Assembly (NCBI GenBank): GCA_030704615.1
Contig: CM060733.1
Coordinates: 51,088,001 to 51,152,000 of the forward strand
DNA length: 64,000 nucleotides
Source: Takakia lepidozioides
Lineage: Eukaryota > Plantae > Bryophyta
Direction of reading: 5' to 3'
Both the position numbers and the translations under genes were made by a program. Positions 37,400 to 49,049 of the stretch are shown here, one piece after another (position 1 is the stretch's first letter; each line of letters opens with the position of its first letter). Under the pieces are notes generated by a model. The model saw nothing but the letters and a program-made list of their open reading frames with translations. It did no database searches and was not told the DNA's origin.

Positions 37400-39390
37400 G
37401 GACTAACCTTGGGTCCTTTCCCTTGACAGCAACCTCAAGTCAAGCACACTTTACTCCAGCCGCCTTGGTATGATTCATCCCTCTCCCTCCCCTCTCAAGT
37501 TGCCACATATCCCCAAATCATCGGGCCGCCATTCCACAGGCCTCATCATTTCCCCATCTATGGCAGCCGGCTGTGCATGAGAAAATCATCCCCCCCAGCC
37601 GCCACTCCACCCCCCCCCCCCCCCCCCCCCCCCCACCCCGTCACCTTTCGCTTCCCGCTCCCTTGGCCTTGTCTGCTTCTCGTCGGCATTCCGCTCCTGC
37701 GACCTTGCCTCAATTCCTGCTGCTCGAACCTGTTAGCAAACCTTGTTTGCATTTTTGTGTTCCTCTCAAATTGCTCGCCTTGCTTGGTTTTCAAATATAG
37801 GCCTCTTCTGATTCCAGCTACTTCGTCATTTCCTCTTTCCCTTTGTCTTCCTAGCTTTCTAATTGCTTCAATCCTCATTCTTGCGGTGTCTGTTGTTGTC
37901 TGCTTCGGTCTCTCTCTTGCATCGGTGCTTCGCCCCCCTTGATCAATTATGGCTCCTCAGCACAAATCCTTCCGAGGAGCTCCCTGGTCCCGTCATCAAA
38001 GCAGATCAGCTGCTGGTATGCCGCGCAGCTCATCTCAGCCCTCCACAAGCAACACTGGTTATTTCCAGGCTCACTGCGCGCTAGCCCTTGGACGTGGTGC
38101 TACTGGATCAGCTCGCCCAGTTCAGCATCGTCCTTTGGGTCCCTGGCTCTCCCCTACCCCGGCTCCCTCTATTCCCCAAGCTTCGCGGAATTCAGATAGT
38201 TTCCCAGGTAACAGTCGCCTCAAAAACCCCCCGGCCCCCCGTCTGCACTTGGACGAATCCTTGTCCGAGCAATCGCAGGACATCTCTGAGCTCCAGAGAG
38301 CCATGGGCCAGAATCATCCCACGCTCAATATGGACGTCAAAGACCTCATCTCTCCAGAGTTGCTGATTATCAGGAAAAAGGTGTCCATTTCCCTGGAAGA
38401 AAGGTCGGTAGAGCATGAATTCGCGAGGGACTGGGCTATTAGGCACTTAGGGGGTTCGGGAGATTAAAAACAGCACTACTGTCATACCAGGGGAAGGGGT
38501 TTCTTTTCTGTCCTGGTGGAAACTAAAGAGGCAACAGACAAGGCTCTCTCTTTCAACCCCCACTTGGCTGGATTCAATGTGAATATATTCCCATGGTCGA
38601 GTGCGATGGGAAACAAAAATGGCAAGGTGCATGTGAAGTCCAAGAATTATTGCCCTGCCATATATTCCTGACCAATATCTCTTTAATCTCCCAGACATAG
38701 GCAATTTCCTTGGGGTTTATCTTGGTTGCTTGGCGGTATTTGACCCTGGTATGCGCACTGACGAGCTTAAGAAAAATCCTAACTGGCGGGGGGCTACTAT
38801 TTCATCAAGGGCCAATGAATTAGGCTTTGCCAAAATTGTTGTTATGATGCCAGAGGATGCAGTTATACCAGAATTTATTGGCCTCCTAATTGATGAGGAG
38901 GGCAATTTCTTCTCTGTCAAATTATCCGAGGACTCATCTTCAATGACTTGCTATTTATTGTGGGCAAGCTGGCCACCTAAAAGCTGAATGTCCTAAAGCA
39001 AAAGAAAAAGGGCTCATCCCTCTCAAGAGGCAGACTCCCCAGCTGCCCCCTCAGAAGAGCTGCCCTTTGGCTATAATCCTCCTCAAGTGATCTCGCCTTC
39101 AAGCCAGCCATTCTTTTAGTGGCGAATAATCGCCAAATTTCGACCTCGGGCGGGTCTTGGCGACAGGGGTAAAGGGAAATGAGGCTGAAAAATCATCACT
39201 TTTCGCCAAAAGCTGATCTGATGGGCCCACCAATCGCTAGAGGGGCCTCCAAAAGGAGGCACATGGCGCCATATTGAGTGAAGACAGTTTACAGTAGAGG
39301 AGCCAGATCCCACCGACCACGTGCAGGACATCGCCGCATTCCGAGTGCGCGGGAGGACGTGGAGCGAGCTATGTTGCCCATTTTTGTACA
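37400..39390 (+). mobile_element. LINE 5' fragment (C/T-rich 5' UTR and degenerate ORF1 with a zinc knuckle)
   Basis: Frameshifted knuckle CY..CGQAGHLKAECPK at about 38950-38997, plus an ORF1-like segment LPYIPDQYL...IGNFLGVYL. Confidence 0.55.
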
Positions 39391-42300
39391 TATATACATG
39401 TATATATATGGGTAAGTTCTAGCGACGACAAAAGGTCGAGAGCTAGTTTAGCGTAGAGCAGGAATAGGGTGCCATAGTGCCACATCATCGTCGCCACGTT
39501 TTGTAGCCACCTGTCGTAGCCACGTTTCGTACGTCGTCAATTTCTTTCTATCTGCCCGGACTGCCTACCCGAAAAACCCCAAAGCGCCAAGTTTTTCGGA
39601 GCGTGCCCAGATTGCCCGGTTCTTGAAGTTCTTGAACTGCAGGAGCTCTACATTTTCCGCCATCGTTCACCTTGCAAGCTGCAAGCCCTCAAGAGTCTCG
39701 CTGCTCAATGCAAACAGTGGATTTTCGACTTCGGTTTTCCTTCAAAGGCTCCGCAGATCACATCATTTTGCTTGCTTAGGCTTGTGAACGCCGTTACCAA
39801 TCATCGACCCACATTGCATCAATTTCATAGGCCAAGGCCGGATTTCAAACAGAAGATTACTTCTTATTTCCTTGTGGATCCATAGCTACAAGAAATCTGC
39901 ATGGGTAGATGGTCAACTGGAAACAGCAGCGGCAACAGCACAATTGAATGCATGAAGGCACCTTCTTAAACACATTTCAGCCTGTTTTTCCCTGTTATCA
40001 AAGTCGTCCCTAAATTTTCATGTTGAATTCTGCAAGTTAGCTCGTTGGTGGATCTAAGGTGGTTGGAGTGATTTTGACATGTTACTGCCAATGTAGGAAC
40101 AGGAAAGTATCGGAAAACAGATAACAGAGACGAGGAGAAGCTCTGGAATGAATACGTTTCCGATGTCCTGGTATCTGCAATGTCTTCCATTTATTTCCTT
40201 ATTTGATGTCACAAGTAAGTGTTGAGATTATTATAGGGTACAAGCAGATGTAATCCAGCAAAATGTTCATGGTCATATTTATGGAAAGGTACAGAGGTTA
40301 GAATGCTGGCTAGCTGCGAAGTGAAGAAGTTTGTCCATCCTTCAAGTCAGCTTGGTCTTAGCAGGTTGTGTTTCAATCCCTGCCTGCTTTGCTGCACCGT
40401 GGTGGTTCTCACAGACCAATCCAACATTACTTGACTACAGACACAAGCAGCACACACAAGAGGTCATTTTGGGTTGATGGTCAAATCCTCCATAGGTCAT
40501 GCCACAAGGTCAAGGCCAATGTGGTGAGGGCACCTTCTTCTTCGACCTATTTCAGCCTGTTTTTCCCTCTCATCAGACTCTGCCCTGAGATGCATACTGA
40601 ATTGTCAAGGACAATGTGGTGAAGGCACCTTCTTCTTCGACCTATTTCAGCCTGTTTTTCCCTCTCATCATACTCGGCCTGAGATGCATATTGAATTCTG
40701 TAAGTTAGCTTGTTTGGGTGGATCTGTGGTAGTTTGGAATGACTTTAACAAAAACAGATAGCAGAGATGAGGAGAAAAAAACTCGACATTTGTGTGTGTT
40801 TGCAATGCGTATGCAAGCCTGGGATCTCTGGAAAATGTGTGGTGTATGCAATGCTCGTGCCCAACCACATAACGTTTGTTTGCATCTGCAATGCATGTGC
40901 AAGCCTGGCAGCCCTGGAAAAGGGCAAAGAGGTGCATGGTTGCATTGGGAAAGCTGGAATTGTACCAGATGTCATTCTGAACAATACCCTCGTGGACATG
41001 TATGCCAAATGTCGGAGGCATTCCAACAGATTCAGATACGTTTGTCTGTCTCTTACTTAAGTGCATCAAGATGAAAGGTCTGGAAGGTGGAAAGCAGGTG
41101 CACACTCACATTATCCAAAGTGGATTCACGCCAAGTGTTTTTCTCCTTAACACCCTTGTCAACATGTATGTGTTAAGTGCGGGAGCATCATGGATGCTCA
41201 CCAAGTGTTCAACCGAATGCCTCAATGATCGATCTTTGATCACGTGGAATATGCAATGCGTGAGCAAGCCTGGTAGCCCTGGAAAAGGGCAAAGAGGTCC
41301 ATGGTTGCATCGCGAAAGCTGCAATTGTACTAGATGCGAAGGGAGTTTTCAACACTGTGGCTGAACAAGATATTGTGTCGTGGCACGCGATGCTTGCAGG
41401 GTATGCACAGCAGGGACGTGGGATGGTGGCTTTGGAGACCTATGATCAAATGATGGGGGAAGGGGTGAAGCCCAAACACATCATGTTTGTGTGTGATTGC
41501 AATGCATGTGCAAGCCTGGCAGCCCTGGAAAAGGGCAAAGAGGTCCATGGTTGCATCGCGAAAGCTGGAATTGTACCAGATGTCATTCTGAATGATACCC
41601 TAGTGGACATGTCTGCCAAATGTGGGAAGTACATCAAGATGAAAGGTCTGGAAGCTGGAAAGCAGGTGCACATTCACATTATCCAAAGTGCAAGGATGCG
41701 AAGGGAGTTTTCAACACTATGGTTGAACAAGATGTGGTGTCGTGGCACGCAATGCTTGCAGGGTATGCACAACAGGGACGTGGGTTGGTGGCTTTGGAGA
41801 CCTATGATCAAATGATGGGGGAAGGGGTGAAGCCTAACCACATCACGTTTGTGTGTGATTGCAATGCTTGTGCAAGTCTGGCAGCCATGGAAAAGGGCAA
41901 AGAGGTCCATGGTGACATTGTCAAATCTGGAATTATACCATATGTCATTCTGAACTCTTCCCTGGTGGACATGTATGCCAAATGTGGGAGGCATTTCAGA
42001 AGATTCAGATACGTTTGTCTGTCTCTTGCTTAAGTGTATCAAGATGAAAGGTCTGGAAGCTGGAAAACAGGTGCACACTCACATTATCCAAAGTGGATTC
42101 ACGCCGAGGATGCGAAGGGAGTTTTTGACACTATGGCTGAACAAGATGTGGTGTCGTGGCACGCGATGCTTGCAGGGTATGCACAGAAGGGATGTGGGAT
42201 GGTGGCTTTGGAGACATATGATCAAATGATGGGGGAAGGGGTGAAGCCCAACCACATCACGCCTGTGCATGTGCAAGCCTGGCAGCCCTGGAAAAGGGCA

Positions 42301-43348
42301 AAGAGGTGCATGGTTGCATCGCGAAAGCTGGAATTGTACCACATGTCATTCTGAACTCTACCCTCGTGGACATGTATACCAAACGTGGGAGGCATTTCAG
42401 CAGATTCAGATACGTTTGTCTGTCTCTTGCTTAAGTGCATCAAGATGAAAGGTCTGGAAACTGGAAAGCAGGTGAATATACATTATCCAAAGTGGATTCA
42501 TGCCAAGGATGCGAAGGGAGTTCTCAACACTATGCAAAATGTGGGTGCATCGAGGATGCGGAGGGAGTGTTTGACAGTATGGCTGAAGGAGATTTGGTGT
42601 GACCGTGGAGTGCGATGATTGCAGGGTATGCACAGCAAGGGCGCAGGATGGAGGCTTTGGAGACCTATGAGCAAATGATGGGGGAAGGGGTGAAGCCCGA
42701 CCACATCACGTTTGTTTCCGTTTGCGATGCGTGTGCAAGCATGGCAGCCCTAAAAAAGGTCAAAGAGGTCCATGGTGACATCGTCAAAGCTGGAATTGTA
42801 CACTGCCCTGGTGGACATGTATGCCAAATATGGGTGCATTGAGGATGCGAGTGTTCGACAATATGGCTGAACAAAATGTGGTGTCGTGGAACGTGATGAT
42901 CGCAGGATGTGCCCATCATGGTTGTCATAAGGAGGTCCTGCAACTATTTGAAGGAATACAAAAGAATGGCTTGAAGCCAGACAATCTCACCTTTATATGT
43001 GTTCTCTCTGCATGCAGCCACACTGGCCTACTGAATGAAGGAAATCAAGATCATGGTGTCACTCCAACAGTAAAGCACTTTGGCTGTATGGTGGACCTTC
43101 TTGGACAATTGGATGAGGCAGTGGATCTGATTAATAAGATGCCAATCAATCCAGATGTTGTGGTGTGGAAGGCCTTGCTTGGTGCCTACAGAATCCATGG
43201 AAATGTGGAGATGGTTGAACGTGCAGCGCCATCTATCCTCAAATGGGATGAACAGGATGCGGCGACTTATGTGTTGCTATGCTGGCAGGTGGGATGATAC
43301 TGCAAAGGAGAGAAGAATGTTGAATGTCAGAGGGGTTAGAATGGAGCC

Positions 43349-46300
43349 TATTGGAAACTAGACCTGCCCTCTACCTCCTAGAGATATTGACAGATAGCTT
43401 CTAGCACAAGCAGCAGTACAAAAACTGACAGCCTAAACCAACCAAAGAGTTAGTACTAACAAGAAGTGTCAGTCCTAACAAGAATGCTCCTTACTGCAAA
43501 AGAAAAAACTTACAAAAGTAGATGCTGGACTTCTTCTCCTCCTCTCTCTGCAATCTACTACGATAGCACATCCAAAATGCTAGAAGAAGTGTTGGGCATT
43601 GCCTCAGCCTTTCCCTTAAATCCTACATGAGTTCTCTAGAAACTTCTGGTGGCTGGAACCTTCTGGTAGAACTATCCCTAGCCGTCAAAACCCTAACAGA
43701 ACCCTAGCTAACTAAATCTGAGCTGACTTCTAACACTCCCACTCAGCGAGGATTGAGACTTAACCCAATCAATTCCATGCATCTAGAATGCTTTTCTTTG
43801 GATAGAGCCTTTGTGAGTGCATCAGCTGCCATGTCCTTAGTCCTATAGAAAACCAACTCAATCTCCAAACCAATCATTTCTCTAATGAAATGATGTTTGA
43901 TATCTATGTGATTGGTCTGGCATGATGAACAGGATTCTTGCTCAGCTCAATGTTGCTCCTGTTATCAGCATGCACTTTTGTTGGCTGTTCTTTACTGAAG
44001 CCAAGTTCACCAAGAAGCCTTCGAACTCTTTAGCTGCATGAGTCAAAGCCATATACTCTGACTCAGTCGAGGATAGAGCAGTGGTCTGCTGTCTTTTACT
44101 GCTCCAGCTCACAACACCTCCACTCATTACAAAGCAGTAGGCAGATATGGATCTCCTCTCATCTGTGTCTCCTGCCCAATCTGCATCACTGTATCCTTCT
44201 AGTGATGCTCCAGTGTTCTGCTTGTTGTAAGTTAGACATGTATCCGCAGTCCCTTTCAAATATCTAATCACCCTCTTGAGTGTTTTCCAATGCTGAGGTC
44301 ATGGGTTGTGCATGAACTTACTAAGCATTCCCACTGCATAGGCAATGTCTGGTCTGGTGCCAATCATTGCATACATCACAGATCCCATGGCTTGTTGATA
44401 TGGAACCTTAGCCATTTCCTCAATCTCACTTGGAGATTTTGGCTCCATTTCCTTACTCAGCTTGCAGCCAGTTTCCCAATGGTGTTGGTGCTGGTTTGCA
44501 GTCCTGCATACCAAACTTCGCAACAACATTCCTGACATACCTCTCTTGGCTCAACTTTATAGTTCTTGCCTTCCTGTCCCTCAGAATCTGAATTCCAAGT
44601 AGGTAGTTCAATCAACCATCTCAAAGGTTTCACTCAAATCATGCTTTTGCCTGCGTATGGTATCCTTGTTGTCGTTGATCAGTAGCAGGTCATCCACATA
44701 GAGTGCTATTATCATGACACCTGATGTCATGTAGTAAATGCTCTGATCAGCTGTACTCCTTACAAAACCTTGGCCTGCCAAGTAGCTATTGATCTTCTCA
44801 TACCATGTCTTCGATGCATGTTTGAGTCCATATAACGATTTCTTGAGCCGACACACCTTATCACCTTCTTGGAAGCCTTCTGGTTGTTTCATGTAGATCT
44901 CCTCCTGGAGATCCCCATTCAAGAATGCAGTCTTCACATCCATGTGTTCTATCTCCCAGTCATGCTTTGCTACCAATGCCAGTCTCTGGCCACAAGTTTG
45001 GCCTTGTACTTCAGTATCTCATTGTTGGGTCCTCTTTTCACTTTGAAAACCCACTTGCAATCTACCGCCTTTCTACCACCAGGCAATGTTACCAGCTCCC
45101 AAGTCAGGTTTTTTTTCAGAGATTTCATCTCCTCTAGTACAGCTCCCTCCCACTCATTGGCATCATCCCTTGCCAAAGCGTCATTGAGGGTGGCTGGCTC
45201 CTCTGCATCATCAAGGGCATGGAAACAACTTTCCATCTGCCCTATGTCATCCATAGTCAGACCAGTCAGTCCTTCTGCCACATTAGCTCCAAACCTTTCT
45301 GGGGGTTTGCTGATCCTTCCTGACCTTCGAGGATCCCCATCCTTGTCAATAGGATCCCGATCTTCAGAATCTTCATCCTCTTCTGGTTTCTTCGCCACCT
45401 TCTCCCTTTGAGTGTAAACCTTTAGTACTGGTTGTTCCCTTTCTTTTTCTCCCACATCGGGGATTATCACAGGAACGGACAGGTCCTTGGGCTTTGTCTC
45501 CTTCCCAAAACTACCCTCATCATACAGGACATCTCTACTCCTGATTGACCTCTTGGTTCTAGGATTGTAGACCTTGTACCCCTTGCATCCCAGATCATAC
45601 CCAATGAAGATACATCTTTCTGACTTGGCATCCAACTTGCTCCTTTGCTCATCAGATATCAATGCATAAGCAGCACAAACCAAAAACTCTTAGATGCTTT
45701 AGGTTTGGCTTCTTCCCACTCCATGCCTCCTCTGGAATCATGTCTTTCAAAGCTCGCATGGGACTCAAATTTTTCAGATAGGTGGCAGTGCTGATCGTCT
45801 CTCCCCAAAACTCTGGTCCAAGGCCTGAGGTCTGTAGCATACATCTAGCCTTCTCAACCAGTGTTCTGTTTAATCTCTCTGCCACTCCATTCTGGGCTGG
45901 ATTGTCCCTCGCTGTTACTTGGCTCTTTATGCCTTTCTCAGCAAGATAGCTTTTGAATTCCTGATTTAGGAATCCCCCTCCACCATCGCTCCTTAGAACC
46001 TTGACTTTGAGGTCCAGCTGGTTTTCTACTTCATGCACAAATTGCTTAAAACCCTGCAGCACTTGACCTTTCTCTCTCAAGGGATATAAGAAAGTCTTTC
46101 TACTCATGTCATTAGTGAAGGTGACAAAGTACCTAGATCCTCCCAGCGATGTTGTCTTCATGGGGCCACACACATTTGTGTGTATCAACTCCAGCCTCTC
46201 CTTGGCTCTTGTGGCAGATTCCTTGGGCATTGATGACTTGTGTTGTTTCCCTTTAGCACATCCTTCACAGAACTATAGCTCATGTGACCAGTCCACATTC

Positions 46301-48120
46301 AGCCTCAGCGCCAACTTTTGAAGATCCTTGATCGCTTGTGTCCCCAAGTGACCCAACCTTCTATGCCACAATGGTGCAGTGTCCATTGTGTCCCCAACAT
46401 TGGCCTCCTCCTGAGTTCCAAATGTACTCAAAAGCTTGTAGAGTCTCTGATCCTTCACTCCATAGCAGAGCTCCTCGTTGCCCTTTTGGATGCTGCAAGC
46501 ATTGTTTATGAAAATGACATCATACCCAAGCTCATCCAAGGTACTAACAGATATCAGATTCTTTGCCAAGTCTGGCACATATAGGACTTTCTGAAGGGTA
46601 CAACGGGTAACCTTACTCTCTTTTCTGATAAAGTTGTCAGGGATTTCTCCCATCATCGTACTTACAGAAAACGTCTTGTTGCCCATCTTTACGCTCCTAG
46701 GCTGAATGGGTTTCAAGTTGTGAAACAACTCCTTCCTCCCACACATGTGGTTAGTAGCTCCAGAGTCCAAATACCACTCATCTCCACAGTGTTCTCCTTC
46801 AGTAGTCAGCAGGTAGTCTTCATCACGACTGTAAGTTGCATCTGCCATAAACATGTGAACTTCACTGTCGTTGCCCATGTCAGCGACATGTGCATGTACA
46901 GACTTCCCTTTCCTTGGTCACCACTTGTCCTTCTTGGGCTTGTCAATCTTCACCTTGCAGTCATTCCGGAAATGCCCAAATTTGCCACATCGGAAACATG
47001 CTCCATCTTTCTTGATGGAAGTAGCCGTCAGGGCAAACCGCCCTCCACGAGCTTCAAAATTCGGCCTTCAAGACCACATGCAAGTCCTTAGGCAGTCCAC
47101 CAGTGCCTCCACGAGTCAGCACAGGCCGTCCACAGGTCAACATGGGCCACCACACCCCATACTTGAGCTACCCCTAGTTAGCTTGCTTTCTTCCATGATG
47201 AGTTATGAAGTGACATACTTCCAACTCAGTCTACTCTTACCATGAGTAGCCATGTGGTTTCCACCATGTCATAACTCTTTGGCAACGTACCAAACAAAGT
47301 CATGATCTGAAGTGATTCCCGCATCAATTATCTCTAGACACATGGCTTTAACAGTGGCAATGTGAATGGCTACACTCTCACCTTCTCTCATTCTCAAGTC
47401 CATGAGCTATTTCCATAGGACATAAGCTTTCCCCATCGCATCTATCTCATACACCTCACTTAAGGGTCTGCCAGACCTCATGAGCAGTTGTAAAATTCCT
47501 TACCAAAACTACCAGCTTTGATCTCATGTTTGTGACCAGAGCTGCCATTGCAAGCTCATTCTTTTGGATCCATCTCACCTCCTTCAGGTTATCATCTGAA
47601 GGCTTTTTACTACTGACCATAGGCTCTTTGAAGAGAGCAGGAGCTGCATCGTGTAGATCCAACTCTTATAGTTGTTGTCATCCAGTGGCTCAACTGTCCA
47701 AGTAGTTGTAACGTCTTGTGGGCCCATAACCTGTTGGAAACTAGACATGTCCTCTACCTCCTAGAGATATTGACAGATAGCTTCTAGCACAAGCAGCAGT
47801 ACAAAAACTGATAGCGTAAACCAACCAAAGAGTTAGTACTAACAAGAAGTGTCAGTCCTAACAAGAATGCTCCTTACTGCAAAAGAAAAAACTTACAAAA
47901 GTAGATGTTGGACTTCTCCTCCTCCTCTCTCTGCATTCCACTAGGATAGCACATCCAAAAATGCTAGAAGAAGTGCTGGGCATTGCCTCAGCCTTTCCCT
48001 TAAATCCTACATGAGTTCTCTAGAAACTTCTGGTGGCTGGAACCTTCTGGTAGAACTATCCCTAGCCGTCAAAAACCCTAACAAAACCCTAGCTAACTAA
48101 ATCTAAGCTGACTTCTAACA
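43349..48120 (-). mobile_element. Full-length Ty1/copia LTR retrotransposon, degenerate ORF
   Basis: LTRs at 43349-43735 and 47732-48120, TSD GAGCC/GAACC, PBS GGTTATGGGCCCA and PPT TGAGTGGGAG. Motifs [48 protein letters not shown] and YSDADWAG in gag-PR-IN-RT-RH order. Confidence 0.97.
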
Positions 48121-48437
48121 GAACCAAGTCGCTGCTACATTGAGGTAGGCAACAGGGTGCATACCTTCGCTGTAGATGACAAGTTGCATCCCAGAATTAA
48201 GGAAATCCATGCTGAGCTGAGCAGTGAGAAGATTGTCTGGGCAGATGAAAGGAGGCGGGGTATGTGCCTGACACGTGTTTTGTATTGCATGATGTGGGGG
48301 AGGAGGAAAAGGAATTTTGTCTTTGCCACCAGTGAGAAGCTAGCCATTGGTTTTGGGCTGATCAGCACGACCCCTAGGACGCCTCTCCATCTCATCAAGA
48401 ATCTTCGAGTGTGTGGTGTTGGAAAACCACCGGCGTG

Positions 48438-48508
48438 TGGTCGGGCTAGGGATTGAACCTAGGACTTCTCCATTCCAGTGGGGTGCTCTACCACTAAGCT
48501 ACCCATCC
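48438..48508 (-). ncRNA. tRNA-like cloverleaf in the 3' LTR of the TRIM
   Basis: A box TAGCTTAGTGGTAGAGC and T arm CTAGG-TTCAATC-CCTAG. The anticodon loop is only 6 nt, so it is not a canonical tRNA. Confidence 0.75.
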
Positions 48509-48656
48509 CGTTCTGTTCTCAGAGTGTCGTGCAAAGGCTATAGCCTTGACACCTCCAACACTCCCCCTCAAGGCATAGCCCTTATGCTAAGGCCCACCCA
48601 TTCTGACCACCGCCCCAACCTTGGCTCTGATACCATGTTGGAAAACCACTGGCGTG

Positions 48657-48728
48657 TGGTCGGGCTAGGGATTGAACCTAGGACTTCCCCCATTCCGGTG
48701 GGATGCTCTACCACTGAGCTATCCGTCC
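48657..48728 (-). ncRNA. tRNA-like cloverleaf in the 5' LTR of the TRIM
   Basis: GGACGGA-TA-GCTC-AGTGGTA-GAGC-A-TCCCA-CCGGAA-TGGGG-GAAGTC-CTAGG-TTCAATC-CCTAG-CCCGACC-A, with perfect D and T stems. Confidence 0.8.
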
Positions 48729-49049
48729 CATTCTGTTCTCAGAGTATCGTGCAAGGGCTATAGCCTTGACACCTCCAACATGTGGTGACTACCACACCTC
48801 CACCAAATTCATCTCAAAGATTGTTGGCCGAGCAATTGTTGTATGCTACGCTAACCGCTTTCACCACTTTGAAGATGGGATTTGTTCTTGTGGTGATTAC
48901 CGGTGAAAGGATGTTTTATCGGCAAGATGCAAGTGTCTTGCTTCATTCATTGATCTATGTAGCTACTCAGACCGTCCACCATTTCCTGAGAGTCTTGACC
49001 ATCATGTACTACCAGAGAGGGCTGGAGGATCAGATGAGGGTTTGACAGA

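Larger units (their letters stand above)
48417..48780 (-). mobile_element. TRIM (364 bp) with tRNA-derived LTRs
   Basis: LTRs at 48417-48560 and 48636-48780 (TGTTGG...CCAACA) with a perfect 5-bp TSD TGTGG. The 75-bp core carries a PBS TGGTATCAGAGC and a PPT TGAGGGGGAG on the minus strand. Confidence 0.96.
40850..48906 (+). pseudogene. PLS-class PPR-E-E+-DYW RNA-editing-factor pseudogene, split by the Copia and TRIM insertions
   Basis: Repeated P-L-S motifs ([45 protein letters not shown]). Then P2-L2-S2 (FICVLSACSHTGL, HFGCMVDLLG), E (VVWKALLGAYRIHGN), E+ (GVRMEP|..IEVGNRVHTF) and DYW ([18 protein letters not shown]|[19 protein letters not shown]). Many frameshifts. Confidence 0.93.

Noticed and set aside
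37573-37942. Proline-rich ORFs
   Set aside because: They arise from a poly-C tract in a LINE-like 5' UTR.
48438-48728. Bona fide tRNA genes
   Set aside because: The anticodon loop is 6 nt, the acceptor stem has mismatches and both copies lie inside LTRs; they were called tRNA-like instead.
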